From Convolutriloba macropyga (Eukaryota): a stretch of DNA of 64,000 nt. Below the pieces are notes generated by a model. That model worked only from the letters and a program-made list of their open reading frames with translations. It did not search any database and was not told the origin of the DNA. Shown in pieces: positions 36,401-50,011 of the stretch. The stretch is taken from assembly GCF_964194025.1 (NCBI RefSeq), contig NC_134480.1, positions 15,004,001-15,068,000 on the forward strand. Direction: 5' to 3'. Numbering within the stretch: position 1 is the first letter of the stretch; each line of letters begins with the position of its first letter. Made by a program: the position numbers and the translations under genes.

Positions 36401-36990
36401 CATTCAGCTGTAATCCTGCTTCTAAACATGTCGATGTGGCAAGAACTTATCTCATTGATGTTCCGGTTCGCTCTGGAATGTGTTTGCGATCAGTTTGCCT
36501 ATGTTGTTTTTTCAGCTACTCCAGTAATCCTGAAATTTTCACGTCGATTGGAAGATTCTATCAGTTCTGTTTCAGATGGTGTCTTTACATTGAACTTCTC
36601 AACTTCAGCGCTAATTTCTCGTCGAACTGTTTGCAAAACTTCATCTATCTTAGACACTGCGTGCTTGACAATTTCAATGGTGGCTTTCAGTTCGACCGAT
36701 ACGGCTTCCACCACCTCAGTTCTGTTTTTCGGTGCGTCCGCGATGCTTGATTGCACTTTTTTGAGAAGATTTTTGCCTGCATTGATTTCGGGGCTTACTT
36801 ACGTGCACGGTCTTTCTTATCTGGGCGGTTGATGGGTGTGTCTTTTTCATCTCCCTAAGCCAAATCAACACTAGTTATCATGTTCTACTCTGGAACTAAG
36901 CTTTTCTCAACAATTAGGCTTTCTCAGAATCTTATTGAAATATAAAAGGTTCAGCTAACAGCGTACTGTAAAAGCCAGAGAATTCACTTG
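33450..36990 (-). mobile_element. Near full-length decayed CR1/L2-clade LINE (ORF1 + APE + RT)
   Basis: Minus strand: ORF1 RRENFRITGVAE...KPIIVGF; endonuclease ICGD, PTRV...STCFDH; tether PWLSN; RT QYGF, FLDLKKAFDTVDH, GPCY, SYLSDRKQRV, GVKHGSMLGPLLF. Many frameshifts; ends approximate. Confidence 0.88.
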
Positions 36991-37651
36991 TGAGCTGAGT
37001 TGCTTCGCAAACCAACAGGGTGATTTTTGTGGGATTTTACACTCTCTTGAGAAAACTGAGTTCGCCGTAGTTATCACAAAAATAATTCAGTTATCAAAAT
37101 TGCCGAAACTGGTTTCATTTTTAACTTAAAGTCTCAGTAGTTGTCTAAAATAAGTTCCAATGGCTTTTACCAAGCTGCTACGCTCCTTGCTGAAGAGGGC
37201 TGAAATTGAGTGCTCCTGTACGTCATTTGAGAGCAATTTTTCCAACTTGAGTGCATTCTATGTTGTTAAATATGTATTTTGTAGACCAGTCAACAAATTA
37301 GTAGACTTTCCGAACCTCATTTGCTCCCCATTATCGTTGACAGAAGCTGCTTTTTGTTGAAACAATAATTTCAATAGAAATTGAAAAATCCATCAACATT
37401 GCTGATCGAAATCACATAGTTGGTCAATTATGGCCTTTTATGTGAAACAATATTTTAATTCACCCATGAAAAGAGTGTCCATTATTTTTTAATAACTCTA
37501 GAGAACTAACTAAGGAGAAAAATAAATTGAAATTAAATTCAATTTAAATTTTTAATTGATCTCAAACGAAGTTTGTAGCAATTATATTAGTCCTGTCGGT
37601 CTTTTTTTATTGATTTTTCGCTTGACCGATTTTTCGTCTGACGCTTTTGAC

Positions 37652-39357
37652 TTTTCGTCCTCAAAAACGGGATAAACAGGTAGCGCCCAGTGGGCATTAA
37701 GCCTTTCAACCCTGTTTCAGCTCAAACTGTGGAGACTTATACTTATGGTGTGAAGGGCAGTTCTTAATGGTTGAAGAGCACCCCCACTTGACCCCCCACC
37801 CCCCTCCCCCACTTGCCGCACCCCCCCCCCCCCAACGAGCCGTTGCCCCCCCCTACCCCACTGTTGCCCCCTCCCTCCCCAATAGCCCCTCCCACCTGTT
37901 GCACCCTCCCTCCCCTTCCCCCTTCACCGTGGCTACTGACGAACAACCGATCGCTACAAACACGCAACTTCATACTAATTTTACAATTTTTTTCAAGCTT
38001 TTGGAAAGTTTTTGTCATGTTTTGAGTTCTTTTGGCCCTAGGTGTCAAGGAACCTCCTCTAGGCTTTTATAATAAGTTATTGAATAGTTTTTAGTGGTAG
38101 TGGAATGGTTTCAACATTTTAACATCACGAATTTTTTGTATTTTTTTTGAAAAAAACGTTCAAATTTTTTCATTTTTTGAAATTTATTTTTCATTATCCA
38201 CCTTTTTCCAGACGCAGGGGCCAGAAAACGTCCTTATGGGTTTGATAATAAGTTACTGAAAAAATGTTATTTGCCAAGGAATAGCTTTCAATTTTTTAAT
38301 ATAAAAAATTTTAGCGATTTTTTGATAAAACTTGCAATTTTGCAAATTTTTTGAAAATTTTTGTCGTTTTTTGGGTTTTTCCAGCCTCAAGTGCTGGGGA
38401 ACCTTCTCTAGGGTTTGATTATAGGTTACTGCATAGCCCCTAGATGTAATGGAATGTTTTTCAAGATTTTAATATCAACCATTTTTTAAAAAAAAAGTTT
38501 TTTGAATCTTTATAAATTTTTCCTGCACCAGAGACCTAGGGACTTCCTCCAAGGTCTGATATTAAGCTGTCGCATATTTTTTAGAGTTAATGGAATGGTT
38601 ACAAATTTTTAAATGACTCCATCTTTAGCAATTTTTGGATAAAATTTAATTTTTTTTTTTCAAATTTTCGGAAACTTATCATGTTCCAGGTTTATATGTC
38701 TTTTTGAGCCATTGAAACTATTTAAAGCTTGAACTAGTGATACTGGATAATATTCTCTGACAATTTATGTTGTCATTTTTTGTCACGAGTTTCGGCAATT
38801 TTTTCATAAAATTTAATTTCTGAAAATTTGAAAAAAAAAATTCTGAAAATTTTTATCTTGTTCCAAGTTTGTGGATGATTATGAGCCAGTGAAACTATTG
38901 AAGGCTTGAAATAATGATACCGAATAGTCTCTTGAGACAATGGAAATTTTATAAGATGAAAATGTTCTGAAGATATTAATATAACATATTTCAGCAAGAT
39001 TTTGTTAATTTATTTGTTGAATATTTTTTTTCGTTTTCTGAGATTAACGATCATTACTGGCCAACGAAGCTTTTTCAAGTCTTGCAGATGGGTTACCTAA
39101 AACAAATCCAGAAAGAAAAAATGATTTTGAATATTTGAACTGCGAAATCTGGAACCTTTTTTAAATTTTGCAGTATTTTGCAAATTTTTAAAACATCAGA
39201 TTTTTATTTGATTCATTTACTAAAAAGGCTATAAAACTAAGTTGCAGAGTCGAATCAAGATAAAAATAGCCTCAATAAACCGTGGCTAGCTAATGACTAA
39301 GCCAAACGTTCACCGGTCGTTTGAGAGCAGTTCGCCCGACGTTAGTCGGTTATGTTT
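37652..39357 (+). mobile_element. Family B-related HINE-like element with poly-C tract and internal degenerate repeats
   Basis: 5' ttttcgtcctcaaaaacgg; 3' cgtttgagagc followed by hairpin ccgacgttagtcgg (39336-39349) and T-rich end. Confidence 0.6.
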
Positions 39358-39798
39358 GTGTTTTTTTGGAAACTTTTCCTAATTTTGCTCTTCTTTGAAC
39401 TGAGCGGGACCTTTTCAGCTGTGTAAGTCCTTTAAAATGTTCCCAGCTGTTCTTAATTTCCAGCAGAAATGGTCACAATTTTTTTTTGCCAAATAGAACC
39501 GTTATCAGCAAAAGGTAGCCGCAATTTTCGTAGCAGACACGGAGTAACACTAGGCCCAGAATCCTTTAATGTTTCAATTGTTTAAAAGGGGGAGCTGACC
39601 GAACACAGTAGCCACTTATCAGAATTAAAAGTCAGCTTGAAAGCCATAGTCATGCTCAGTTTAAATGATCAAATTTTTATGGACCAAACGATAGTTAATG
39701 AGATAGAAACTTATTTTGGATTCCACAAGCCAAATATTGTGACCAGTTTTTTATTGCCGCGAAGCTGTGTTCCTAAGGTAACTCCTTGGCAGTACTCG

Positions 39799-42480
39799 TG
39801 TTTTTGGTTCAAGCTCTAACGTTTAAATCTTTTTCAAAGCGGAAAGACGCTTTTTTTATTTCTCATTCCGCTCTTTCCCTGCTTTTGAAAATCATTTTGT
39901 GTATGATGTTATTTAAAACATCCTTTTGAATTGACTTCAAAGTTGAATTGCGCGATAAGTTTTCTAAATTCCAAATGGCCTACCTCTATCTCTAAATGAC
40001 TTAACACTAATATTATTGTTATTTGATGTGACTATTTTGATCAAAGTTACTCTCTGGATTTTTATTTTGAGAAGAACGTTGAACTAAAAAGAGCGACTCG
40101 ACGGAACAAAAAAATATTTATTGGAAAACAGCTACGGTAGGTTTCTCGAGTGTTAATTTTTTACTAATGTTATTTGAAGAGTTATTTTTTCGTTGGCGAT
40201 TTATCCAACTCAAGTTTGTGTTTAGCATCTAAACTTGGCATTAATGAAGTCGACTGCGATTGCTGGAATTTGCAGGTAATTTTACTTCCCTAGACTAAAA
40301 AAAATGTGGTTTAACCTATTGCCATAGAAAATACTGGCAAAAGACTCAGACTTTTGTCAAATTTTACTATCCATTGGCTAATATATTTCTCAGATAAACT
40401 GGTTGAAGCTATCGCAGCTTTCCATTGCAATGTAATAAAGATAAATTTTTAAGCATAAAATTCTCTTCAATTAAGGTTTGAAAATTTACTTATTTTTTTA
40501 CTAGTGCGAAATGAAATTCATTTATTTTGATTGTGAACGGTGCCAAAGAATCTGATATGCTCACTGTTGAATAATAGTACAGTTTCCGATTAGAGAAAAA
40601 GCATAGATTAGTTTTTGGGATTCTTGAAAAGTCTGTTATGTTGTTTTGTGTACAGCAATTTAGAATATCTTTAATTTAGACATCTTTAATTATGAAAGTG
40701 GTTAATATGTTCACTGCAAGAAAAACTAATGAGCATCGTTTTTTGACGTTGAAAATCGACGTTTTGTGAAAACTTTTGTTTTTGCTTCATTTTCGGGACA
40801 TTTTAGATGCCATAGCACTTCTAAAAACTTAATATGGAACTGTAGGCAAAGAATTGAAAAGTATTGATTCTGCTAAATTTGACTCCTCAATGATACCTCA
40901 GAAGACTGGTAAAGTTATTGTAGAAAAAATGAAGGTTAGAAATAGAAGATTCTTGAAAAAAAACAAACATTCTCATCAGGGCCTTTGAAATCTAGTTCTT
41001 CGGAATCTGGAGGACGAACGAGTGAATTAAAGCTGCAGTAAGCGTGAGTAAAAAGGGAGGCGTAATCATTGCCTGATAGCCTGGCTTAACTTTTGGTCTT
41101 TAAGTTAGTCAAGATCAGACATTTCTTCGGCACATTACTTGGTTATCAGAATCATAATTAATAGTAATATAAATAAATCAGTCAGTGGATTCGCCCAACA
41201 TCAGTTCGTCGCAAGACGGGTTTCTTTTAAATAGGACATCGAAACCCGGTCCTCAGCTCATGTTTTTGGTTCACGCTCTATTTTCTTTTAGATTTTTTTC
41301 AAAACGGAAAGATGCTTTTTCCCTAGCCGCTCTTTTCTCGCTTTTTTAAATCATTTTATGTATTGTGTTATTTATGACATCCTTTTGAATTGACTTCAAA
41401 TTTGAATTGCGTGATATGTTTTTTTAAAAAATTCAAAATGGCCGGCCGCTCTCTTGAAATGACTTAAGACTAATATTATTGTTATTTGAGGTCACTATTT
41501 TGATAAAGTTGCTCTCTGGGTTTTTAACTTAAGAAAACGTTAAACTGAAAAGAGCGACTCAACCGAACAAAAAAACATTTTCTGGAAAACTTTTTACTAA
41601 TGTTATTTGAAGAGTACTTTTATCTTTTTTTGTTGGCGATTTATCCAACTCAAGTTAGTGTTGATTGACATCTAAATTCGATATTTATGGTCTTTTTTGC
41701 AGCGATTGCGAGAATTTGCGGGTATTCTGATAATACTAGACTAAAAAAAATCGTCGTTTACCGTATTGCTATAGAATATACGAGCAAAGGACTAAGACTT
41801 CAAATCTTATTAGCCATTGGCTAATATATCTCTCAGATAATACAAATTTAACTGTTCGAGGCTATCGCAGCTTTCCAATGCAATGTAATACAGATAGATT
41901 TTAAAGCATAAAATTCTCTTCAATTAAGGTTTTTAAAATTCACTTTTTTTACTAGTGCGAAATGAAATCAATTTATTTTGATTCTGAACGTTGCTATAGA
42001 ATCTGATATGCTCACTGTTCAAAAAATAATAGTTCTGTTTCCGATGAGAGAAAAGCATAGAATAGTTTTTGGAATTCTTGAAAAGTCTGTTACGGTGTTT
42101 TGTGTAGTGTAATTTAGGTACCTCAGAAGACTGGTTAAGTTATCGTAGAAAAAAATGAAGGTTATTAATAGAGGATATTTGAAAAAACAAGCATTCTCAT
42201 CGGCGCCTTTGAAATCTAGTTCTTCGGAATCTGGAAGACCAGCGAGTGAATTAAAGCTGCAGTAACCGTGAGCGCAAAGGTAGGCGTGCTCATTGCCTGA
42301 TAGCCTGGCTTAAGTTTTTGTCTGTAAGTTAGTCAGGACCAGACATTTCTTCGGCACATTACTTGGTTATCAGAATCATAGTTAATAGCAATATAATTAA
42401 ATCAGATTATGGAGTCGCCCAACATCAGTGCATCGCAAGACGTGGTTCTTTTAAATATGACATTGAAATGCTGTCCTCAT
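39799..42480 (+). repeat. Diverged direct tandem duplication (~39799-41260 and ~41261-42480)
   Basis: Collinear similarity from tgtttttggttca.gctcta to cgcaagacg...ttttaaata. The second copy lacks ~220 bp (~40670-40890). Confidence 0.85.
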
Positions 42481-42861
42481 ATAGTCAATGTACGCACAAT
42501 CGATTCAGAGCAGTGGCAGATCGTTACAGTTCATTGGTGAAGGTGGTGCCTATGAAAGCTCCCACAGCCATTATATGAATTAAATGCACGTTGAAGTTAA
42601 AATTTGTGACCGCCATTTTTTCAACTGTTCTTGATAAAATGAGGATGGTCTAAGAGCGTTTTACTAATACTTGTACATTTGCTTGCTTTTTAAAAATGAC
42701 CGTTCAGTCCTGGAGACGACGTATAGTTACTCGTTTCTATGGATACAAAACAATTATAAGTTGGCGATCACTAAAACTTTTATTACTGAAGTTAAAATTG
42801 GTGTTGGTCGTTTATTTTCCAGATTACGATGCATATGATTTAATACTTTTTGAATGATTCA

Positions 42862-43005
42862 ATGATGGCAGTGCCGATCTTCCCAGCTGTGAGACCGCAC
42901 TTTGGTGCCCCTCCAATTAGCTCAACTATTACAACTACATTCCACAACCCAAGTATTACAGCTACGGGGGGAATTGGGCAAACGAAGGCACTCTCATTGA
43001 AACAG
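42862..43005 (+). CDS. KHDC4: KHDC4/BLOM7-like coding exon 1
   Basis: Upstream acceptor ttccag at 42822; ATG 42862; donor cag|gtatcc, phase 0. Start inferred. Confidence 0.6.
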
Positions 43006-43257
43006 GTATCCGTAGTAATGGGAGAATCAAAATTTGGAAGATTTGCTAAACGATTCAAAAGTCGCAAGATTCTGGCAAGATATGAATCATTAGAAAGAAA
43101 GGAAAATTTTTTATGCTGCTCTAACAATTTAGAGGATAAGCCTATTTAAGGATAATAGGACCCTTTTCAAACCTCAAAATGATAGAAATGCAGTATTTGG
43201 CTTCGTTTAGGATATTTTTTTTGCAGAAAATTGATTTTGAGTTTTTTTTATTTGTAG

Positions 43258-43408
43258 ATTACAGTGAGTTGTGAGAACATACAAGTGAGTCTGGTGAAAC
43301 GAGACGCCGTCATCTACGGAGCAGAACTAGAAATCAACTCCCTGCCAACGTCTGTTTGCGAAAAACTGATCAGAAGTCCGTTTCATGCTCAGCTTGGTTC
43401 TCTTACCG
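43258..43408 (+). CDS. KHDC4: KHDC4-like exon 2 (KH1 N-half)
   Basis: tttgtag|ITVS...GAELEINSLPTSVCEKL...LGSLTG, compare KHDC4 AEVEINDVP; donor g|gtaatt. Confidence 0.8.
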
Positions 43409-43451
43409 GTAATTCTATTGCTCGTAAAACTATGATTTAACGTTTGGTTTT

Positions 43452-44364
43452 TTTATAGCTGCGAGGCTGTAAGCTGAGCACAGCTATACTGCGGTGCTCT
43501 TTTTTACGATTCAAAGAATTTGAATTGTATTGGGGTGCTGTCTTTTTTAAGATCTTCACACTTTTTCATGATTTTTGAAGTGAAATTGGAGTGATGATTT
43601 TGGTCATGCCCACAAAAGAAGTGGAGCAAAAAAGCTAATGTTTTTGCGGCGTGAAGTTTTTTCGCTCTAATTTTAAAGTAGAGTGAGAAAACAGTGTTTG
43701 AACAAACATTCTATAGTGCTTTTTTTGTTCACATGCTACTTTTTGAGTTAATTTTTTACAGTTTTTTTTTCAATTTCTCGATCGAATTTTTTCTAAATAG
43801 TTTTTCCAATCCATTCGTAGTCCATTCTAAGTCTAGTTTTTTGTTTAGACAATGAAAATTCTTTGAATTGTATATCAGGACTTATCTACTATTTTTTGTT
43901 GTTTCGTCGTCTGACGTTCTTTTTCGTTTTCATTTATTCACACAGCACAGCTAGTCAAATTTTCTGAATGACTTCTTCCTCTGATTAACGGCATTTGCGC
44001 GTGACGTCATTTCTCTCTCTCTCTCTCTCGGCAATTTTTAGGTTGTTTGCGTGATTCAATTTTGATCATACGTCATTTACCTCACTGAATAAAATGATTT
44101 AGAACTTCAGAACTTAAGTTGAATTTGAATTAGTTTAAGATGAAAGGAATGCATATGTGTAATAAAGGCCCTTAATGAAAAGGTTTCTGCTGCGCAATGA
44201 AGTTTGACAAGTTTTAGTATTTTATCGCTGAATGATTTACATAGCTGTTTTGAGCGGCGCCGATAGCTTTTTCAACTTATATCTGTATCTGTTTCTATCT
44301 CTATTATACGGCATGCAATGCTATTCTTTCGCAGCTATTCCGGCAATATGCCGGCTATGTTTTT
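43452..44364 (+). mobile_element. Complete family A Helentron-like non-autonomous element (HINE) in KHDC4 intron
   Basis: 5' subTIR atagctgcga (43455) plus internal IR cagctat; 3' subTIR tcgcagctat (44329); hairpin ccggcaatatgccgg (44340-44354); T-runs at both ends. Confidence 0.8.
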
Positions 44365-45353
44365 AATAACTTGTTCTTAGAGAGGATGTTTGGTCGTGCG
44401 GTTTTTGGTCGTGAAATTGCAGGACCAATGTTTTGGATTTTTTAATAAGAAGTTCTTTGATTTATAATTCAGGACTTGTTCTGCTGTTTTCTCCTCTATC
44501 GATTTTTACTGCTAACATTGGACTCCATTTTCCATCGAATTCTACTGCTCAACACTTGGGTTTGTGAGAGATGTCATTTGTTACGTACGGTTTTTGAGGT
44601 CAGCTTTCAGGTCATTTGTGTGAGCGTTTTTGATACTTTCTCAAAAAAGATTTTAACGCACTTGATGTGTTCATTCTGATTTTAAATACAATTGTTAAAT
44701 GAAGTTTTATAGAATGAACCTAAATCTAACCACAAACTTTACTAATTGAAGATTTGAGGTTTTTAATTGCTTTTGAACGAAGTCCATAGCAATTATTGTA
44801 AACGTGTTGGTCTTTTTTTAAATGCTCATGTTCATTTAGAACAGTTATAAATTATCCCGTGTTGTTTATTCCGAGTTTTTCGGACTTTATTCCGAGTTTA
44901 TTCGGAGTTGATTCCGAAAGTTTCCGAGCGAGTTTTTTCATGTGTCATAAAATACACTCCGAATGCCCGTCTCTTAGAAACGTAGAAAACAAGCTGTCAA
45001 TCTATCTTTTTATTTATCTTTGCTTGGTTCATCCCCAACAAAGGTCAAAGGCTTTTCTCTGAAGCATCTGCCGGGTTACTTTTCGTTTAGAATATCAAGT
45101 TTTCACCATGTTTTGTTAATTAGGAGTTGACTTGCCGCCCACGAGCTGACCAACTGCTTTTTTAGGGCAGGGACTTTTTTAAATCGATATTTTATTTCCC
45201 AGTTTTGGCTTTTTAATTGATACCACATTTATTGTGCTGAAGTATTGCCACTCAAAATCTTTTGCTTTTTCTACAAGTGTATGTGTTTGAATTGTTAACA
45301 CAAAGACGTATCCACGCCGCCCATCTGTTAGAGTGGTACTTTTATCTATTCAG

Positions 45354-45485
45354 GTGCTCACATAACAGTGAAGGGAAAGTATTTCTCACATGATCAGAAG
45401 TCCAAATTGCTGTCTGCTGGGCGGGCACTGCCATTCAGGGCTCTTTATCTGGATATCACAGCCCAGAATCTTAACTCAGTAGAAT
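45354..45485 (+). CDS. KHDC4: KHDC4-like exon 3 (KH1 C-half)
   Basis: ttcag|GAHITVKGKYF...RALYLDITAQ, compare GAAVSTRGRF...RPLYLHVQG; donor t|gtaagt. Confidence 0.82.
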
Positions 45486-45942
45486 GTAAGTAGATGCCAT
45501 GAGTTTCGATTTTTTCACTGATATGAAATGAGAAATATGTGGTAGGTAGACTCACCGTAGACTCAGGTTTCTGACATCGCTTTGTATAACACTTCACATG
45601 ACATTACAAGCGTGTAGCGGTACCGAAATAAACAGACTTTCAAAGAAAATGGCAGCGACTTACTGGCCATTTAAAAGTATTTCATATAAATAAAAGCTAT
45701 CCACATTTGCAATGTAAGATGCAAAAATGTAAACCAGCTATTAAACAGTGAATTTGATCAAGAATTCGGTACCGACAGACATTTGTAGTACCTTTGAACT
45801 TAGTTAATGAATTATTATCCAAATTATTCCGCACAATAACACCGCACAAATATCCAACATGCGATTGCTCAATTTACATGCCAGTATTTGAGATGTAATT
45901 TTATGGAAAACTGATGTTATTGTTGTCCTTTGACTGTTTCAG

Positions 45943-46763
45943 CTGCATTAAACCACCTGTCAACTGCAATTACCACTGCAATGCAAAGTCAATCAACCCC
46001 GAATACCACATCATCAAGTGTCGATACATTCACACCTTTACCTCAAATTGCACCTGCTCCTAGTCTGCCACCCCCAGCATCGCTTTCACAATTACCTCCT
46101 GTACCAATCACGGTTCCGCTGATGCCTCCCCTACCCCCATTTCTTGGACAGATGCCAAAGCCGATTTCGTCCATGTCACAGAGTTCCGACCAGCCTTTGG
46201 TCAACGCAACGACAACAGGCCAAATTAGCCAATCATATTCAATGCTGCCATCATCAAACAACGTTGTGGATCCGTTTCCTGTGACGTCACAGAATGACGT
46301 AGCGCGTGGTTATCAAATGACGCCTGCAAGCGTTTCAGTACCACAACCTGCAATTACGTCAGGACTAGCAAACTCCCAAGACGTTTCTCGAGGTTCCAGT
46401 TCCGGCTTCAAACCGATTGATGAACGGTTGCCAATTGGTATTGCTACGGCTCCACCGAGTTTTAATCTTATCACTAGGCTCAGAGGTCAAGATAACGTTA
46501 ATGTGAATTACATAGAAAGTCAATCTGGGTGTGAAATCTCTGTTCGGGGTTTTGATTCCGGTTTCCGAGAGCCGATTACTCTCAGAGAGTCTTTAGAACC
46601 GATGTATTTTTACGTATCTGCGAAGGAACAGTCGGGATTGGAGATTGCCAAGGGGTTGCTGAAAAGTTTAATTGAAACTACGAAACAAGACTTGAGAGAT
46701 CATTTAGACCAGTTGGCTTCAGTGCAGAGAGCACCACCAGTGCCTTGGAACTCATATAATTGA
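45943..46763 (+). CDS. KHDC4: KHDC4-like exon 4 (Pro/Ser-rich linker + KH2)
   Basis: tttcag acceptor, phase 1. FNLITRLRG...YIESQSGCEISVRGFDSGFREPITLRESLEPMYFYVS...GLEIAKGL matches the second KH of KHDC4. Total ~415 aa. Confidence 0.85.
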
Positions 46764-48276
46764 TTTCTTCACAATTTAGTTCTGTAACTTTACCTGTTGA
46801 TTTTCCTGTTAATTAGTTGAAAAATAATATTAATTATAAATATTTAACGAGGCCTTTTGTGTGAATGTGATAAAAATTGTGGCAATAAAATAATGGTAAT
46901 GCAAAAAGATGCGGTCAAAAAGTGATTGAAAAGAGAACTCAGTTTGCCCGTGCGAGCAAGTGATTAAAGCTGTGAAGCTGTAAACAGTGTACATACACTG
47001 CGGTGTTCTTTTTTTTTACAACTGGACGAGGAGTATTGGTTTTTTACCCGAAGAAAAGATTTTTAGATTTTTTTATCGTCAGCGCATTTATCGGGAACTC
47101 TCGAATTGATAATGCAGTGTCTTTGACAGCTTAGTGTTCTTCTTCAAGACAAAATCGACTCATTTTTTTATTTTTAAAAGTTTTTTGGATTTTTTTAGAG
47201 CATTATTTAATCAGTATATTTGGCATCATAATTTCGACAGTTCACGCATTGAATGCCTTCATTTGTGACATGAGAAAATTTTGTTTGGAGTGATTGGATT
47301 TTGGCTACCTTTCTCTATTTTTTCTGTTTCCCTTAGTTTTTTTACAATGTGTTAATAGGCCCCCCATTCTGGCATTCTAGCATTTGTAACTTTTGTTTCT
47401 TGTAAATATCTGTGCTGAATTATTTTCTGGTAGAATTGTTTCATTTTTACTCGCATCTATTCTATTCATCTTATTCTTTCTTTGCAGTTTCCTTTTTTAA
47501 TTGGTTATCTACCCATGTAATGGTTTTTCTTTCCTCTTACGGTATGCTTTGGAAAATATCCCGAAATTTTATTTTGTCGAGACTCGCTTCTAAGCAGCAC
47601 AGTGTTGCCATGTGAAGTGGTAATACAAACGTATTAACCCATGATTTACACGAAGTGATGTGATACGGGTAAAAATTGTGAAAAAAATTGATATCATACA
47701 AAAAAGACAAGAGAATTGTGAAACTTCTGTTTAAATAGAATTACGTTTTGAAAACCACATTTGCTGAAATCAGCGAAAGTGGACAGCAGACAAAATGTGA
47801 ATAAATCGAAGCTAAATTCGATACACTCTTGATGATAATTTTATGACACTTGCATTGCGTAAATTGGCAACTAATCCACTCAAAGGAATAGATGAGAGTC
47901 GGCGAGGAGATCAAAGAATTAGAGTCAATAGACTTGTTGCGAGTTTACGCACACTCGAGTTCGAAAACTACCGACGTATATACCAGCGTTTGAGCGTGTC
48001 AGACTTCATCGCACTCTTCTTGCTCTTAATACGTGTGCGGAAAAAAAGCAATCGTGCTGAGTATTTAGTGTAATGAGTCAAATAAATAGTTGGAACACCC
48101 AATTGTTTTTGAATATAAACTATTACTCTTTGGAAAGAATTATTCAAACACTCAGAGAGACAGGTACCTTTGTGGACTGATTTTTCTACCTCTTAGTATT
48201 TTACAAGGTCACTTTTTGGAAAAACTCTAACTCTAAGTTATTAAGACAAAATTTCTATAAATATTGTGAGTTTTAT

Positions 48277-48818
48277 TTTTAATAGCCGCCCTCATCTTCT
48301 CAGCCGGCTATTATAGCGCTCCTTTTTTTTTTACTTCGTCGAATAAAAAAATGTTTCGCTTTACCTCATTTTGCCGCCTTTTCAACATTTTGCGTGAAAT
48401 CTTTTTGACTTCTCTAGGCTAGTTTCTCTCTTCTCTCATTCTGCTAAAAGTGATTTTGAACATCAGTTGCTCAGCAAAGCAATTCAAAATGAACAGTCAG
48501 TATAAAAAATTGAAGTCAGAAATAGAAACGGGATAAACCCATAAAGCCCAATTTTAGATGCCCGCTATTTGAACGTCGGTCCTATAAGTATTAGTTACCT
48601 CTCTCTAATGCTGATTGTTATTGATAGTAGCCCCTGTAGCCTCTCTCTAAGAAACAGAAGTATGTTCAACTACGAAATGCCATCAAAATAAATCGGACTG
48701 AAAAAAAAATGTTTTTGTACGAAAATCTTTTTTTTCAATATCTTCTGTTATTTCAATCCCAGTCATGCTTATTGGAATCAACGGCGGCTATTTTCCGGCA
48801 ATCTGCCGGGTATGTTTT
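48277..48818 (+). mobile_element. Short family A HINE-like element
   Basis: Perfect 10-bp subTIRs aatagccgcc (48281) / ggcggctatt (48783), internal IR ggctatt, hairpin ccggcaatctgccgg (48795-48809). Confidence 0.8.
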
Positions 48819-49795
48819 CAATCTTCAACCTATAATTGAATTTTAACGTACTATTTTCAGTATTTTTATAACTATAAATTTGATTGTTTTGGTACGTTAG
48901 AATGTACGATAATTATTCGAATTCTCTGCCGGCTATAGCTAGGCAAAGAAATCATGTCTGAGGAAGGACTAAATAATTCATGTGAAAACAAATCTTGAGA
49001 AGCAAAAAAGGAAGCTCGCCTAACTATATTTTATTGCTCAATGTTGACCAGATAATACTGTCACAAACCGCTTACATTCACTGAATACATATCTTTTCGA
49101 AGTCAGAGAATTTAGTATACGTTTTTGCGCATTTCACCTACTGTAATAATTACATAAGATACATAAATATATCCGGGGCATATTTATTTTATACATATTA
49201 CATACATTTTAATTGTATCTTTGACTGAACGATTTGTTTCCAGAATTAAAATTTTTTTTTGAATTGCCAGGAATCCCGTATTTTTACAGTTATCAGATTA
49301 TTAATTCATCGTGATTGGCGGAGTTGAAAACAGCTAGCTAGTTATGAAAAAATGGCTGGAAATTAGCTGGTCGCAAATTAATTCTCAAATAGCTATTATT
49401 ATGGGAGAATTAATTTTGAACCCGTTATGTAAATTGTGGCAAAAGCAGCTGTCGTCAGTTCTACCAGTAACTTGAACGCTTTTGTCTTAACTACAATTTT
49501 TACAATTGAACTGCTGCGTTCTCGATTTGTATATTCCCTTCATAGCCATGCAAATACTGTACCGGAAAACTGTAACTTTGACATCAAATACTGAAAAATT
49601 CTTCCTGAAATTCTACGAGCCATTATTGGTAAAAAATATTTTGAGCCTAGTTTGTGCCATTATTGCTGAACAATATTGAAACGTATTATCGCACTGAAAT
49701 TTTTCCAAATGCTCTGTAATGGTAACAATTGTTCTAAACATTCTTGGTCTGCAGACCGAATATTAAAAGTTTATCAAAAAAACTCCAGTTTCAAA

Positions 49796-50011
49796 ATGTC
49801 AGCCAAATTAGCATATTTGAACATTATCGCCATTGCTTCAATGTTATGTGACTTCACTCACAGCTTGGACATTGATTTCTCTGAATTCTATACTGAATGT
49901 GTGTGTCTGAAAAGTATTGGAGACCCATTGAGGGAAGTTTCATCGACGAGTGAAAAGAGCTGTCTTGTTGCGTGCATGGGAACTCAACATTGCAACGCAT
50001 TCTCGTATTGT
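49796..50011 (+). CDS. Exon 1 of secreted PAN/apple-domain protein (signal peptide + N-half of PAN)
   Basis: MSAKLAYLNIIAIASMLCDFTHS hydrophobic leader; SCLVACMGTQHCNAFSYC; donor tgt|gtaaat, phase 0. Confidence 0.7.

Noticed and set aside
36236-36832. 198-aa plus-strand ORF
   Set aside because: Antisense shadow of the LINE ORF1.
37764-38072. Pro-rich/Gly-rich ORFs (also 24315-24626)
   Set aside because: Translations of C-rich tracts within a repeat.
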